A DNA stretch of 64,000 bases, from contig JAURJB010000001.1 of NCBI GenBank assembly GCA_030832455.1, positions 7,590-71,589 of the forward strand, read 5' to 3'. The notes below the pieces were generated by a model. It was not told where the DNA came from, ran no database searches, and saw only the letters and a program-made list of their open reading frames with translations. The DNA comes from Acidimicrobiales bacterium. GTDB lineage: Bacteria; Actinomycetota; Acidimicrobiia; Acidimicrobiales; Ilumatobacteraceae. Positions within the stretch are counted from its first letter, which is position 1. The number at the start of each line of letters is the position of its first letter. A program made the position numbers and the translations under genes. Of the stretch, positions 56,905 through 64,000 are shown one piece after another.

Positions 56905-57738
56905 TTGCAGTGGGGATTGCCACAACTTCGAGACTTTCCATGGCGAGCAACGCGCAATCGCTGGCACGTGTTAGTAAGCGAAGTGATGTCGCAACAAACA
57001 CAAATTGATCGAGTGGTTCCAAAGTTTGTTGCCTTTATTGGCGAGTATCCAGACCCAGGCGCATGTGCGGCTGCACCACTGTCAGATCTATTAGCGATCT
57101 GGCAAGGGCTTGGCTATCCACGCAGGTGCAGAAATTTGCATGAAGCCGCAAAATTGATGGTTCGCGATCATGATGCGCAAGTGCCTGCATCACTTGATGA
57201 GTTGCTTGCGTTACCTGGTATCGGTGACTACACCGCACGTGCGGTGTTGGCATTTGCCGAACATGTTGAGATTGGAATTGTTGACACCAATGTTTCGCGC
57301 GTACTTGCGCGACTGAGTAACACTCCGCTGCGCAAACGCGATGCGCAAGAACTTGCTGATCACTTAGTGCCGAGCGGTTTGTCGTGGGAATGGAACCAGG
57401 TGGTCATGGATTTTGGCGCGACATGGTGCACCGCACGAACTCCACAGTGTGCACAATGCCCAGTTGCACATGTGTGTAAGTGGAGAAATCACGGTGGCTC
57501 TGATCCGGCACCGGCATCGAGTGCTGCGAGTAAGCCGCAAGCGCGTTTTGCAGGATCCAACCGTCAGGCTCGAGGCAAGTTGATGAAAGCATTGATTGCG
57601 GGTGGTGTATCACGCAACAATGTTGCCAGCGTGATGGGCGTTATTGAACAACCACAACGAGTATCTGAAATTGTTGACTCTCTGATTACCGATCGACTTA
57701 TTGTCGACATGAATGGTGTGTTGTATCTCGCTTCATGA
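56905..57738 (+). CDS. mutY: A/G-specific adenine DNA glycosylase (MutY-like, HhH-GPD with Fe-S cluster loop)
   Basis: LVSEVMSQQTQ, HhH LPGIGDYTARAV, DTNVSRV, and the cluster C-x6-C-x2-C-x5-C (CTARTPQCAQCPVAHVC). TTG start. Confidence 0.85.
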   Translation: MQWGLPQLRDFPWRATRNRWHVLVSEVMSQQTQIDRVVPKFVAFIGEYPDPGACAAAPLSDLLAIWQGLGYPRRCRNLHEAAKLMVRDHDAQVPASLDELLALPGIGDYTARAVLAFAEHVEIGIVDTNVSRVLARLSNTPLRKRDAQELADHLVPSGLSWEWNQVVMDFGATWCTARTPQCAQCPVAHVCKWRNHGGSDPAPASSAASKPQARFAGSNRQARGKLMKALIAGGVSRNNVASVMGVIEQPQRVSEIVDSLITDRLIVDMNGVLYLAS

Positions 57739-58629
57739 GGCGTGCGTCGTAATCCAAGTCACGATGTGAGCGTTGACAATTTCGGGTTGTTCTAGTTGCA
57801 TGAAGTGTCCTGCATTGGCAATGATCTTCACCTGTGCGTGTTCGGGTGCTCGCGTGGTCGCATCGTGAGCAACATCCAGCCCAATGCATCCGTCGTTTTC
57901 TCCATGCAGGTAGAGCAATGGTTGTGGGGGATTCTCTGACTGAGTCATTGCTTGTGCAGAATCAAGTGCGGGATCGCGGAAGCCTGAGCCAAGGGTTGCG
58001 CGGTAATAACCAAGTGCAGCAGCAAGATGTTCGGGTTGAGCAAGGCATTCCTTTGCATGTGCGATGTCAATATCGGCGGCAAAACCAGGCGACCATTGAT
58101 CCCACAACATGTCGATGAATGCGTGGTTATTTGCTCCAACGACAAAATCAGCAAGGCCATGTTGAAAAAAGAACATGTACCAACTGCGCTGAACTTGGTT
58201 CAGGTTGTTGACGAACGCATTGCCCATCGCGCCCCATGGCGGAACAGACATTCCCACCACTGATTTCCATCGCGATGGTTCAAGAATTGCTGCTCCGTAC
58301 GCTGCAGGCGCACCCCAGTCGTGGCCGATGATGACGGCGCGCGAGTCGGCACCGAGTACGTCGTGTAGTGCGTTTGCATCAGTAGAAAGTGCTGCTGTTT
58401 GGTAAGCACCGTTAGCTGCAACAGAAGTTGGTGCGTATCCCCGCATGAACGGAGCCACTGCGCGGTATCCGGCGTTTGCAAGCTCGGGTAGTACATGACG
58501 CCACGTATGTGCAGAGTCGGGGAATCCGTGCAGACAGAGTGCAAGTGGTCCGGATCCACATTCGAAATAGGTGAAGTCAATGTCGTTTGCGCGAACAGCG
58601 TGAGTAGAGATGATGTGCTTGTCTGCCAT
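57733..58629 (-). CDS. Alpha/beta hydrolase (epoxide-hydrolase-like)
   Basis: Start trimmed to MADKHIIS (ATG 58629). LCLHGFPDSAHTWRH and the nucleophile motif GHDWGA. Confidence 0.8.
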   Translation of the reverse strand: MADKHIISTHAVRANDIDFTYFECGSGPLALCLHGFPDSAHTWRHVLPELANAGYRAVAPFMRGYAPTSVAANGAYQTAALSTDANALHDVLGADSRAVIIGHDWGAPAAYGAAILEPSRWKSVVGMSVPPWGAMGNAFVNNLNQVQRSWYMFFFQHGLADFVVGANNHAFIDMLWDQWSPGFAADIDIAHAKECLAQPEHLAAALGYYRATLGSGFRDPALDSAQAMTQSENPPQPLLYLHGENDGCIGLDVAHDATTRAPEHAQVKIIANAGHFMQLEQPEIVNAHIVTWITTHAS

Positions 58630-58642
58630 GATCAAACCATAG

Positions 58643-59164
58643 TTGGGTAACATTGCGTCGATGGAAGCCTCATTTGATAGCGCAAGGTTTCGCCAAGTGC
58701 TCGGGCATGTTCCAACTGGTGTTGTTGTAATAACAGGTATCGACTCGGCGCAACACCCCCATGGCATCACTATCGGAAGTTTTGTTTCGGTCTCGCTCAA
58801 CCCACCGTTGGTGGGATTTTTCGTAGGTACTGCTTCGCGTAGTTGGGCACAGATTGCACAAGGCAACGGGTTTTGCGTCAATGTGCTCACCGATGAACAA
58901 GCCGAACTGTGTTGGCGATTTGCCAAAGAACCCGAAGGGGGAATGTCGGCGCGTTTTGATGGACTTGATTGGACTACATCGCCACGTGGCTTCCCAGTTC
59001 TTGCTGGTGCACTTGCGACGATTGATTGCACCGTTGAGTCGGTAACACCTGCAGGCGATCACCACTTTGTTTTAGGCCGAGTACAACACTTGGCAATCAG
59101 TGAGTCGACAACCGATGCGATGGTGTTTTATCAAGGCCGTGTGTCGGGCGTCGCTAAGATGTGA
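58643..59164 (+). CDS. Flavin reductase family protein
   Basis: FRQVLGHVPTGVVVITG...SFVSVSLNPPLV pattern. ATG 58661 is an alternative start. Confidence 0.8.
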   Translation: MGNIASMEASFDSARFRQVLGHVPTGVVVITGIDSAQHPHGITIGSFVSVSLNPPLVGFFVGTASRSWAQIAQGNGFCVNVLTDEQAELCWRFAKEPEGGMSARFDGLDWTTSPRGFPVLAGALATIDCTVESVTPAGDHHFVLGRVQHLAISESTTDAMVFYQGRVSGVAKM

Positions 59165-59556
59165 TGAACGAGCCTCTGTTTTCGCTTGACTGGTGGATGG
59201 CGGCAATGGTTGGTGTGATTTTTATATTCGCAGGTGTTCGTAAGTTAAACGCACGAGATCTGTGGCCAGCTCAGGCACAGCGTTTGGGTGCTCCTGGTTT
59301 TGCGATCCCTACCGTTCCCTACATTGAGCTGGTGTTGGGCTCGCTGCTGATTGCGGGCCTTGCCTCAACGGCCACATTGCTGGCGTCAATTGCGGCACTA
59401 TCGAGTTTTACCGTGTTGTTGCTGAGTCGTTTACTCGCAGGGGATCGACCGCCCTGTGCATGCTTGAGCTTTCGCTCAACCAAGCCAATTGGCTGGAACA
59501 ACATTGTGCGTAATTTGTTGATGCTCGCTCTCTTAGTTGCCGCGCTGATTCGTTAG
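59161..59556 (+). CDS. MauE/DoxX-like membrane protein
   Basis: 4 TM helices with PPCACLSF in the last loop. There is a 4-nt overlap with the flavin reductase gene. Confidence 0.6.
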   Translation: MMNEPLFSLDWWMAAMVGVIFIFAGVRKLNARDLWPAQAQRLGAPGFAIPTVPYIELVLGSLLIAGLASTATLLASIAALSSFTVLLLSRLLAGDRPPCACLSFRSTKPIGWNNIVRNLLMLALLVAALIR

Positions 59557-59565
59557 CGTTCAAGC

Positions 59566-59820
59566 GTGCGAGTGTGGATTGATCAAGACTTATGTACAGG
59601 CGACGGCTTGTGCGTTGATCATTGTCCCGATGTGTTTGTGCAACTGGAAGATGGCATTGCGTACGTTGCGGAAGCTGGGCTTCCTTTGAACGACCCAGGT
59701 AGCTCGGGGAGTCTTGCAGTTGTCGAAGTTCGACATCAGATCGAGGTTGTAAAGGCTGCAGAAGTGTGCCCTGGCGAGTGCATTTTTATCGAAATGGATG
59801 TACCAGCAATTACGCTGTAG
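59566..59820 (+). CDS. Ferredoxin (single cluster)
   Basis: DQDLCTGDGLCVDHCP ... CPGECI. GTG start. Confidence 0.75.
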   Translation: MRVWIDQDLCTGDGLCVDHCPDVFVQLEDGIAYVAEAGLPLNDPGSSGSLAVVEVRHQIEVVKAAEVCPGECIFIEMDVPAITL

Positions 59821-59850
59821 TTCCAACCACGCAATAGATAGGGTGCGAGT

Positions 59851-61293
59851 GTGAAGTGGCGCGTTTCTCTCAACGGCGCATTACTCGTCATGTCGATCGG
59901 TCTTGCAACAACAGCAACACCGCAAATAGTTGTCGCTGCGAGTGGCGATAATGCGTTGTCTACCTTGACGGCAATGCGTATATCACCCGAACGAACTGCC
60001 GGGTTTAGGCCCGCCTTGTTTGCGGTATGGCGCACGCAAAAGAATTCGGTGCGAAGTGTCGCAAACGTTGTAACCATTAAAGAAGCGTGGGAATCGGGTG
60101 CGTGGTCGTGGAATGCAGTAAAGCGAAAACGATTCATGAACGACGTAGCGGATACTGCTGTATTGGCTGCTGTTAGAGCAACAAGTGCAGCACGGCGAGG
60201 TGGAACCGATCCCGCACGTTGGCGTCCAGCGGCTACTCAAGACATTTGTACGTATATTGACGGCTGGGTGCGCATCAAATCAAAATGGGGACTTGCTGTA
60301 GATATCCGTGAATTCACTGCGATAAAGAATGTGTTAAACCGGCAATGTCGAACAGCACCTGCTGTCACCAGTTCAGTTCCTGCAACGAATAAATTTCCAA
60401 CAAGCCCGACAAGCACCATTCCACGTACGACGACAAGTACGAGTGGAACACCAGTTGTAGTGGGAAGTGCACTTGCATTGTTGCAATTGGTGCGCGTTGA
60501 AAATGAGTTCTCGAGCGGTTACGACCGATCGCTGTTTGAACACTGGCGTGACGTTGACGGCGATGGATGCGATTCGCGTGATCAGGTACTCAAGCGCGAC
60601 AGCATTTCGCTTCCGCAAGTAGACCCAATTAGCTGCGATGTAATTGCAGGTGATTGGATTTCACCTTACGACGGTGCCCGATGGTCTAACCCATCAGACA
60701 TTGATATTGATCACGTCGTTGCCTTGAAGGAAGCATGGGATTCTGGTGCGTGGTCATGGAGTTCGGCACAGCGTCGCGCATTTGCTAACGACACATCAGA
60801 TAATCGCACGTTGCTTGCGGTGACGGACTCGGTGAACCAGTCAAAGAGCGATAAGGATCCCTCAAACTGGCTGCCACCATTGCAGTCGTACACCTGCACG
60901 TATATTGGCAATTGGGTTGCCGTGAAAGTGCGTTGGAACCTCTCGATGGACTCCAGTGAATACGGTCGAATCAGAAATCTGTTGCAATCAACGTGTGCCT
61001 CGCTCGATATTGCCCCTATTCCAAACCTGCCAAGTTTTGCGGGTGGCGCGATTGCAACGGTTACTCCACCGGCTTCGCTGTCACCAACACCAACGAGTGC
61101 CACTGCTACCACGACCAACGTGACGAGCGCTCCGGCTGGACAAATAACTCCGGGTTCCTATTGCTCGCCAGTAGGCGCGATTGGCTATTTCACAAAGAGC
61201 GGGGCGACATCACCCACGACGTATATCTGCTCAAAAACAAATGCAGCGGGCGAGCCATACTCGGGTGGGCGTGCGCGATGGAGACGTGCATAG
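59851..61293 (+). CDS. Secreted protein with two DUF1524/HNH-type nuclease modules (the first degenerate) joined by Thr/Pro/Ser linkers
   Basis: Signal peptide MKWRVSLNGALLVMSIGLATTATPQIVVAAS. Copy 2 carries DIDIDHVVALKEAWDSGAWSW...NQSKSDKDPSNWLPP. Copy 1 keeps KEAWESGAWSW but lacks the DH and N..K.DK motifs. Confidence 0.75.
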   Translation: MKWRVSLNGALLVMSIGLATTATPQIVVAASGDNALSTLTAMRISPERTAGFRPALFAVWRTQKNSVRSVANVVTIKEAWESGAWSWNAVKRKRFMNDVADTAVLAAVRATSAARRGGTDPARWRPAATQDICTYIDGWVRIKSKWGLAVDIREFTAIKNVLNRQCRTAPAVTSSVPATNKFPTSPTSTIPRTTTSTSGTPVVVGSALALLQLVRVENEFSSGYDRSLFEHWRDVDGDGCDSRDQVLKRDSISLPQVDPISCDVIAGDWISPYDGARWSNPSDIDIDHVVALKEAWDSGAWSWSSAQRRAFANDTSDNRTLLAVTDSVNQSKSDKDPSNWLPPLQSYTCTYIGNWVAVKVRWNLSMDSSEYGRIRNLLQSTCASLDIAPIPNLPSFAGGAIATVTPPASLSPTPTSATATTTNVTSAPAGQITPGSYCSPVGAIGYFTKSGATSPTTYICSKTNAAGEPYSGGRARWRRA

Positions 61294-61334
61294 CCATCGG
61301 AATTTGTGGTTTCTGCCGTTAGCATGGCGGGACT

Positions 61335-61421
61335 ATGTCGAAGAAGACCAAGAAGAAAAAGGCCAAGATGCGTCGCTCAAAGGCCAACCACGGTAAGCGT
61401 CCAAACATGGGGCGTGGCTGA
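61335..61421 (+). CDS. 28-aa basic micro-protein resembling actinobacterial ribosomal protein bL37
   Basis: MSKKTKKKKAKMRRSKANHGKRPNMGRG. The SKANHGKRPN core matches my recollection of bL37. It is below the ORF-track length cutoff. Confidence 0.6.
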   Translation: MSKKTKKKKAKMRRSKANHGKRPNMGRG

Positions 61422-61435
61422 GCAATAACGCCCGC

Positions 61436-62086
61436 GTGCCTGCATCAGATGCGGTACGGCTGAGTGAATTGGTCATTGGTGGTTCTCGTGCCAACTGGGC
61501 ACAGGTGGGGATCACCTTTTCGGAATCAGGCATCTATCTCATTGGTGATGTTGCCTTGCGTATTGATGAACGTTTGCCCCCAGGATTGCATGCGTGGGTA
61601 CTGAGCAATTGTGATCCGATCATTTCTGCAATTGATGGAATCCCAACTTCGGTCGTTGAACACGCATTGATGACAGAAACTCAACACCGGCAAGAGTTTG
61701 CACTCGAGGCATTGTCTATTGATCACGTTGTCGTCAACACACCCGACTTGGAACGAACCTCACGCGCGTTGCATGACGCAACGGGGTCTGAGCTAAAGCG
61801 CATTCGTGATGCTGGAAATGGAATGCGCCAAGGGTTTCATCGACTCGGCAGCGTCATTGTGGAAATCGTGAGTGCACCAAGCATGCCCGCAGGAGATGCT
61901 GCGCTATGGGGCTTTGTGCTTAACGTTGCAGATGTGAACGCAGTTGCTGCGTACCTTGGTCCAGATGTGTTGAGCCCACCGAAACCAGCGGTGCAAAAAA
62001 ATCGATTGATCGCTACGTTTCGCGGAAGTGTTGGGCTGGGCGTGCCGCTTGCCTTAATGAGCGATGTAGTGGTGGATGACGCGTAA
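61436..62086 (+). CDS. Glyoxalase/VOC-like domain protein
   Basis: IDHVVVNTPDLERT...GFHRLGSVIVEIV pattern of VOC modules. GTG start. Confidence 0.6.
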   Translation: MPASDAVRLSELVIGGSRANWAQVGITFSESGIYLIGDVALRIDERLPPGLHAWVLSNCDPIISAIDGIPTSVVEHALMTETQHRQEFALEALSIDHVVVNTPDLERTSRALHDATGSELKRIRDAGNGMRQGFHRLGSVIVEIVSAPSMPAGDAALWGFVLNVADVNAVAAYLGPDVLSPPKPAVQKNRLIATFRGSVGLGVPLALMSDVVVDDA

Positions 62087-62089
62087 GGA

Positions 62090-63028
62090 TTAGTCGTCGT
62101 CAGTTGCATCTGGGTCATCGCGACGAGCGATAAAGCGCGTTCCCTCCGTGCATGATTCGAGAAGTGGGCACCACGAGCAAAAGAATCCGGGACGAATCAG
62201 TGGCTCGCGGCCATCACGTTGAATCTCGACCATCTTGCGGATGCCGTCAACGGTCTTGCGCACTGCTGCCTGCAAAACGCCTTCGGTGACATCTTCAACT
62301 TCGGCGCGCGCGGTTACAAGAGAATAACTAGCAAGCCGACGCGGTGCTGCTCCGGTGCGCATGGCTTCGACAAGAGCATAGAAACGCAACTCTTCACGAT
62401 GGTTTGGTTGCACGCGACCCGATTTGATGTCGATGATGACCTTTGAGCCAACAGCTCCAAGTGTGAGGTCGGCGCGTGTGCTGAGGTTGATGCGTTGCTC
62501 GAACATTTCGTAACGTGCAGAGCTTTCGAGCACAGGTCGCCAAGCTGCTTTAAGCGGAGGGAAGCATTCGTCGAACTTGGTATACAGATCGATTGCCGAA
62601 CTGCGTAATTGTGCACGATCGCCAGCAGGAAGATTATCGATAAATGGGCCAGCGCTTTCGCGCTCATCATGTGCAAGTTGTGCAAGTGCCTCATCCACTA
62701 CATCGGCAGGAACAATGACTCCACGCCAGTTGAGTCCGAGTTCGACTGCTTTGTGCAGCACGGTGCCCTTTACGTTGCCGAGTGTCCATTCGAATCCGTG
62801 CAATCCAGCCAAGTGATTGGCCTCACATCCGTGCACCGTGGTGAGCTTGTGCTTGCTTACCCACAAGGCATTTTCGGGTGTGAGTCGAGATGCGATGTCA
62901 GTGAGTCCATCATGAAGCTGCTGGCGAATGTCGTCGATGATCTCGCGGGGGATAGGCACCCAGTCGGGTTCCTTGCCAAGTGCATCAAGAACTGCTTGTT
63001 GCATGGCATTGAATGGCGCTTCAGACAC
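62090..63028 (-). CDS. Cas4/RecB-like PD-(D/E)XK nuclease
   Basis: ADLTLG...KVIIDIKSGR (D...D-x-K core), one N-proximal Cys (VHGCE), and C-terminal CSWCPLLESC (Cas4-type Fe-S ligands). Confidence 0.75.
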   Translation of the reverse strand: MSEAPFNAMQQAVLDALGKEPDWVPIPREIIDDIRQQLHDGLTDIASRLTPENALWVSKHKLTTVHGCEANHLAGLHGFEWTLGNVKGTVLHKAVELGLNWRGVIVPADVVDEALAQLAHDERESAGPFIDNLPAGDRAQLRSSAIDLYTKFDECFPPLKAAWRPVLESSARYEMFEQRINLSTRADLTLGAVGSKVIIDIKSGRVQPNHREELRFYALVEAMRTGAAPRRLASYSLVTARAEVEDVTEGVLQAAVRKTVDGIRKMVEIQRDGREPLIRPGFFCSWCPLLESCTEGTRFIARRDDPDATDDD

Positions 63029-63066
63029 ATGGTCACTCTGTCACATGGGTGTGTCATGCTGTCGCC

Positions 63067-63420
63067 ATGACCGCATCGACCACCATGCAATTTGCCGCAG
63101 TAGCGCGCCTGATTGCAAGCGAAGTTCAGCGGTTTGGGCTACTTGCGCCTAGTTTTCGCAGCCCACCTCGAGTTGTCGGGGTCAATCGCACCGTACGTCG
63201 CCGCGAGGGCGGTGGTGTCGTTGCTGTTGCGCTGCGTGATCGACCCTTTGTCGCCATCCTTGGCGACATGATCGAAGGTGTTGTGGTTGTCAACCAACTC
63301 TCTGCACCCGATTCCGATCATGTGCGCACTGCGTTGTGGTCAATTCTGTCTCTCCACGGCTATGTTGCGACGCACGAAGTTGATCACAGTACGCACATGC
63401 AACAGCCGCGTGTTGCATAA
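63067..63420 (+). CDS. Hypothetical protein
   Basis: 117-aa ORF from ATG 63067. The start at 63013 was rejected because it overlaps the divergent nuclease start. Confidence 0.45.
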   Translation: MTASTTMQFAAVARLIASEVQRFGLLAPSFRSPPRVVGVNRTVRRREGGGVVAVALRDRPFVAILGDMIEGVVVVNQLSAPDSDHVRTALWSILSLHGYVATHEVDHSTHMQQPRVA

Positions 63421-63452
63421 GTGCTTCATTGCAACTCAACTACAATCAAGAA

Positions 63453-64000
63453 GTGAATTCCCCGCAGCACATTCGTGTTGAAATCCAGTTTCTACGCGCA
63501 GTTGCGGTAACCCTCGTCGTTCTCAGTCACATTCGCATTGGCGCGTTTAGTGGTGGGTTTGTCGGTGTCGACATGTTCTTTGTGGTGTCGGGCTTTGTCA
63601 TTGGGCTCACCATGATCAAGGAGCAAACTGCCACCGGAAAAGTGTCGATCCGCCGATTCTTTGAGCGCAGGTTCTTCCGTATCTTCCCGCCGTTGTCGTT
63701 CATGATCGTGCTCACCTCGGTGTATGCCTATTGGTTCGTTCCGTTTACCAAAGCGCAGGACTTCTTTATTCAGCAGGCGCGTGCTGCCTTGTTCAGCTAC
63801 GGAAACTTCTTTTTCATGTTCCGCAAGCTCGACTACTTCGTGCAGTCGGGCGATCTCACATTCTTTCTGCACACGTGGTCGCTCGGTGTAGAAGAGCAGT
63901 TTTATGTTGCACTACCCATTGTGTTGGGGGTGATTGCTTTGCTTGGTCGTCGACACGTTGGCGAGCGGCGAATTGCGCTGTGGGCCATTGCCTTCACGGT
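63453..64000 (+). CDS. Acyltransferase family 3 (OafA/YrhL-like) membrane protein. Its 3' end lies outside the window.
   Basis: My own translation from GTG 63453 gives EIQFLRAVAVTLVVLSHI, GVDMFFVVSGF and HTWSLGVEEQFY, which are hallmark acyltransferase-3 motifs. It is not in the ORF track because no stop falls within the window. Confidence 0.85.
   Translation, partial: MNSPQHIRVEIQFLRAVAVTLVVLSHIRIGAFSGGFVGVDMFFVVSGFVIGLTMIKEQTATGKVSIRRFFERRFFRIFPPLSFMIVLTSVYAYWFVPFTKAQDFFIQQARAALFSYGNFFFMFRKLDYFVQSGDLTFFLHTWSLGVEEQFYVALPIVLGVIALLGRRHVGERRIALWAIAFT

Noticed and set aside
63492-63872. 126-aa minus-strand ORF, the only track ORF in this stretch
   Set aside because: The + strand frame from 63453 encodes hallmark acyltransferase-3 motifs (WSLGVEEQFY). 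It is missing from the track only because it has no stop within the window.

Overview
This window looks like a compact chromosomal core region of a streamlined Actinomycetota-type genome. The hallmarks are a PASTA-domain Ser/Thr-kinase homologue, long-form LeuA, gltX followed by tRNA-Gln and tRNA-Glu, a bL37-like micro-ORF, a luciferase-like (LLM) oxidoreductase, and frequent GTG/TTG starts with 4-nt start/stop overlaps.

I call about 70 protein genes, 2 tRNAs and 3 clear hairpin-plus-U-tract terminators. I saw no rRNA, CRISPR array, transposase, integrase or phage genes. Many ORF-track models carry spurious N-terminal extensions, so I trimmed them to starts that fit family N-termini, Shine-Dalgarno sequences and neighbouring stops.

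Gene content, in order:
- NMT1/THI5-type ABC importer, glutamate dehydrogenase, and divergent kynU/kynA (Trp catabolism).
- A 1218-aa nuclease-helicase fusion in an operon with a membrane protein, then ligA.
- An HExxH / DUF2786 / HTH trio, then TetR with an orphan PAS histidine kinase, then gcvH.
- A PASTA protein whose kinase domain looks catalytically dead, an MFS transporter, pyrF and a ferredoxin.
- Branched-chain amino-acid genes scattered over about 17 kb (leuA, leuCD, leuB, ilvE, cimA), interleaved with homospermidine synthase, a DEAD-box helicase, nadABC and greA.
- gltX, tRNA-Gln and tRNA-Glu, an amidase, mscL, class I fumarase, and a CitE / acyl-CoA dehydrogenase / MaoC cluster.
- mutY, a flavin reductase-MauE-ferredoxin operon, a secreted tandem DUF1524 nuclease, a Cas4-like nuclease, and a partial acyltransferase-3 gene at the right edge.

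I found no convincing self-contained novel system such as a defence island. The observations most worth following up:
1. An Ile-codon leader peptide plus terminator upstream of cimA.
2. A Leu-codon leader peptide plus terminator upstream of leuA.
3. The PASTA pseudokinase.
4. kynU/kynA start codons 11 bp apart with facing TANNNT boxes.
5. The nuclease-exonuclease-helicase plus membrane-protein pair.
6. The secreted tandem DUF1524 protein with one degenerate copy.
7. An unannotated 28-aa bL37-like ORF.
8. Near-total absence of space between convergent genes.

All functional calls come from motif recognition by eye. No searches or RNA folding were run.
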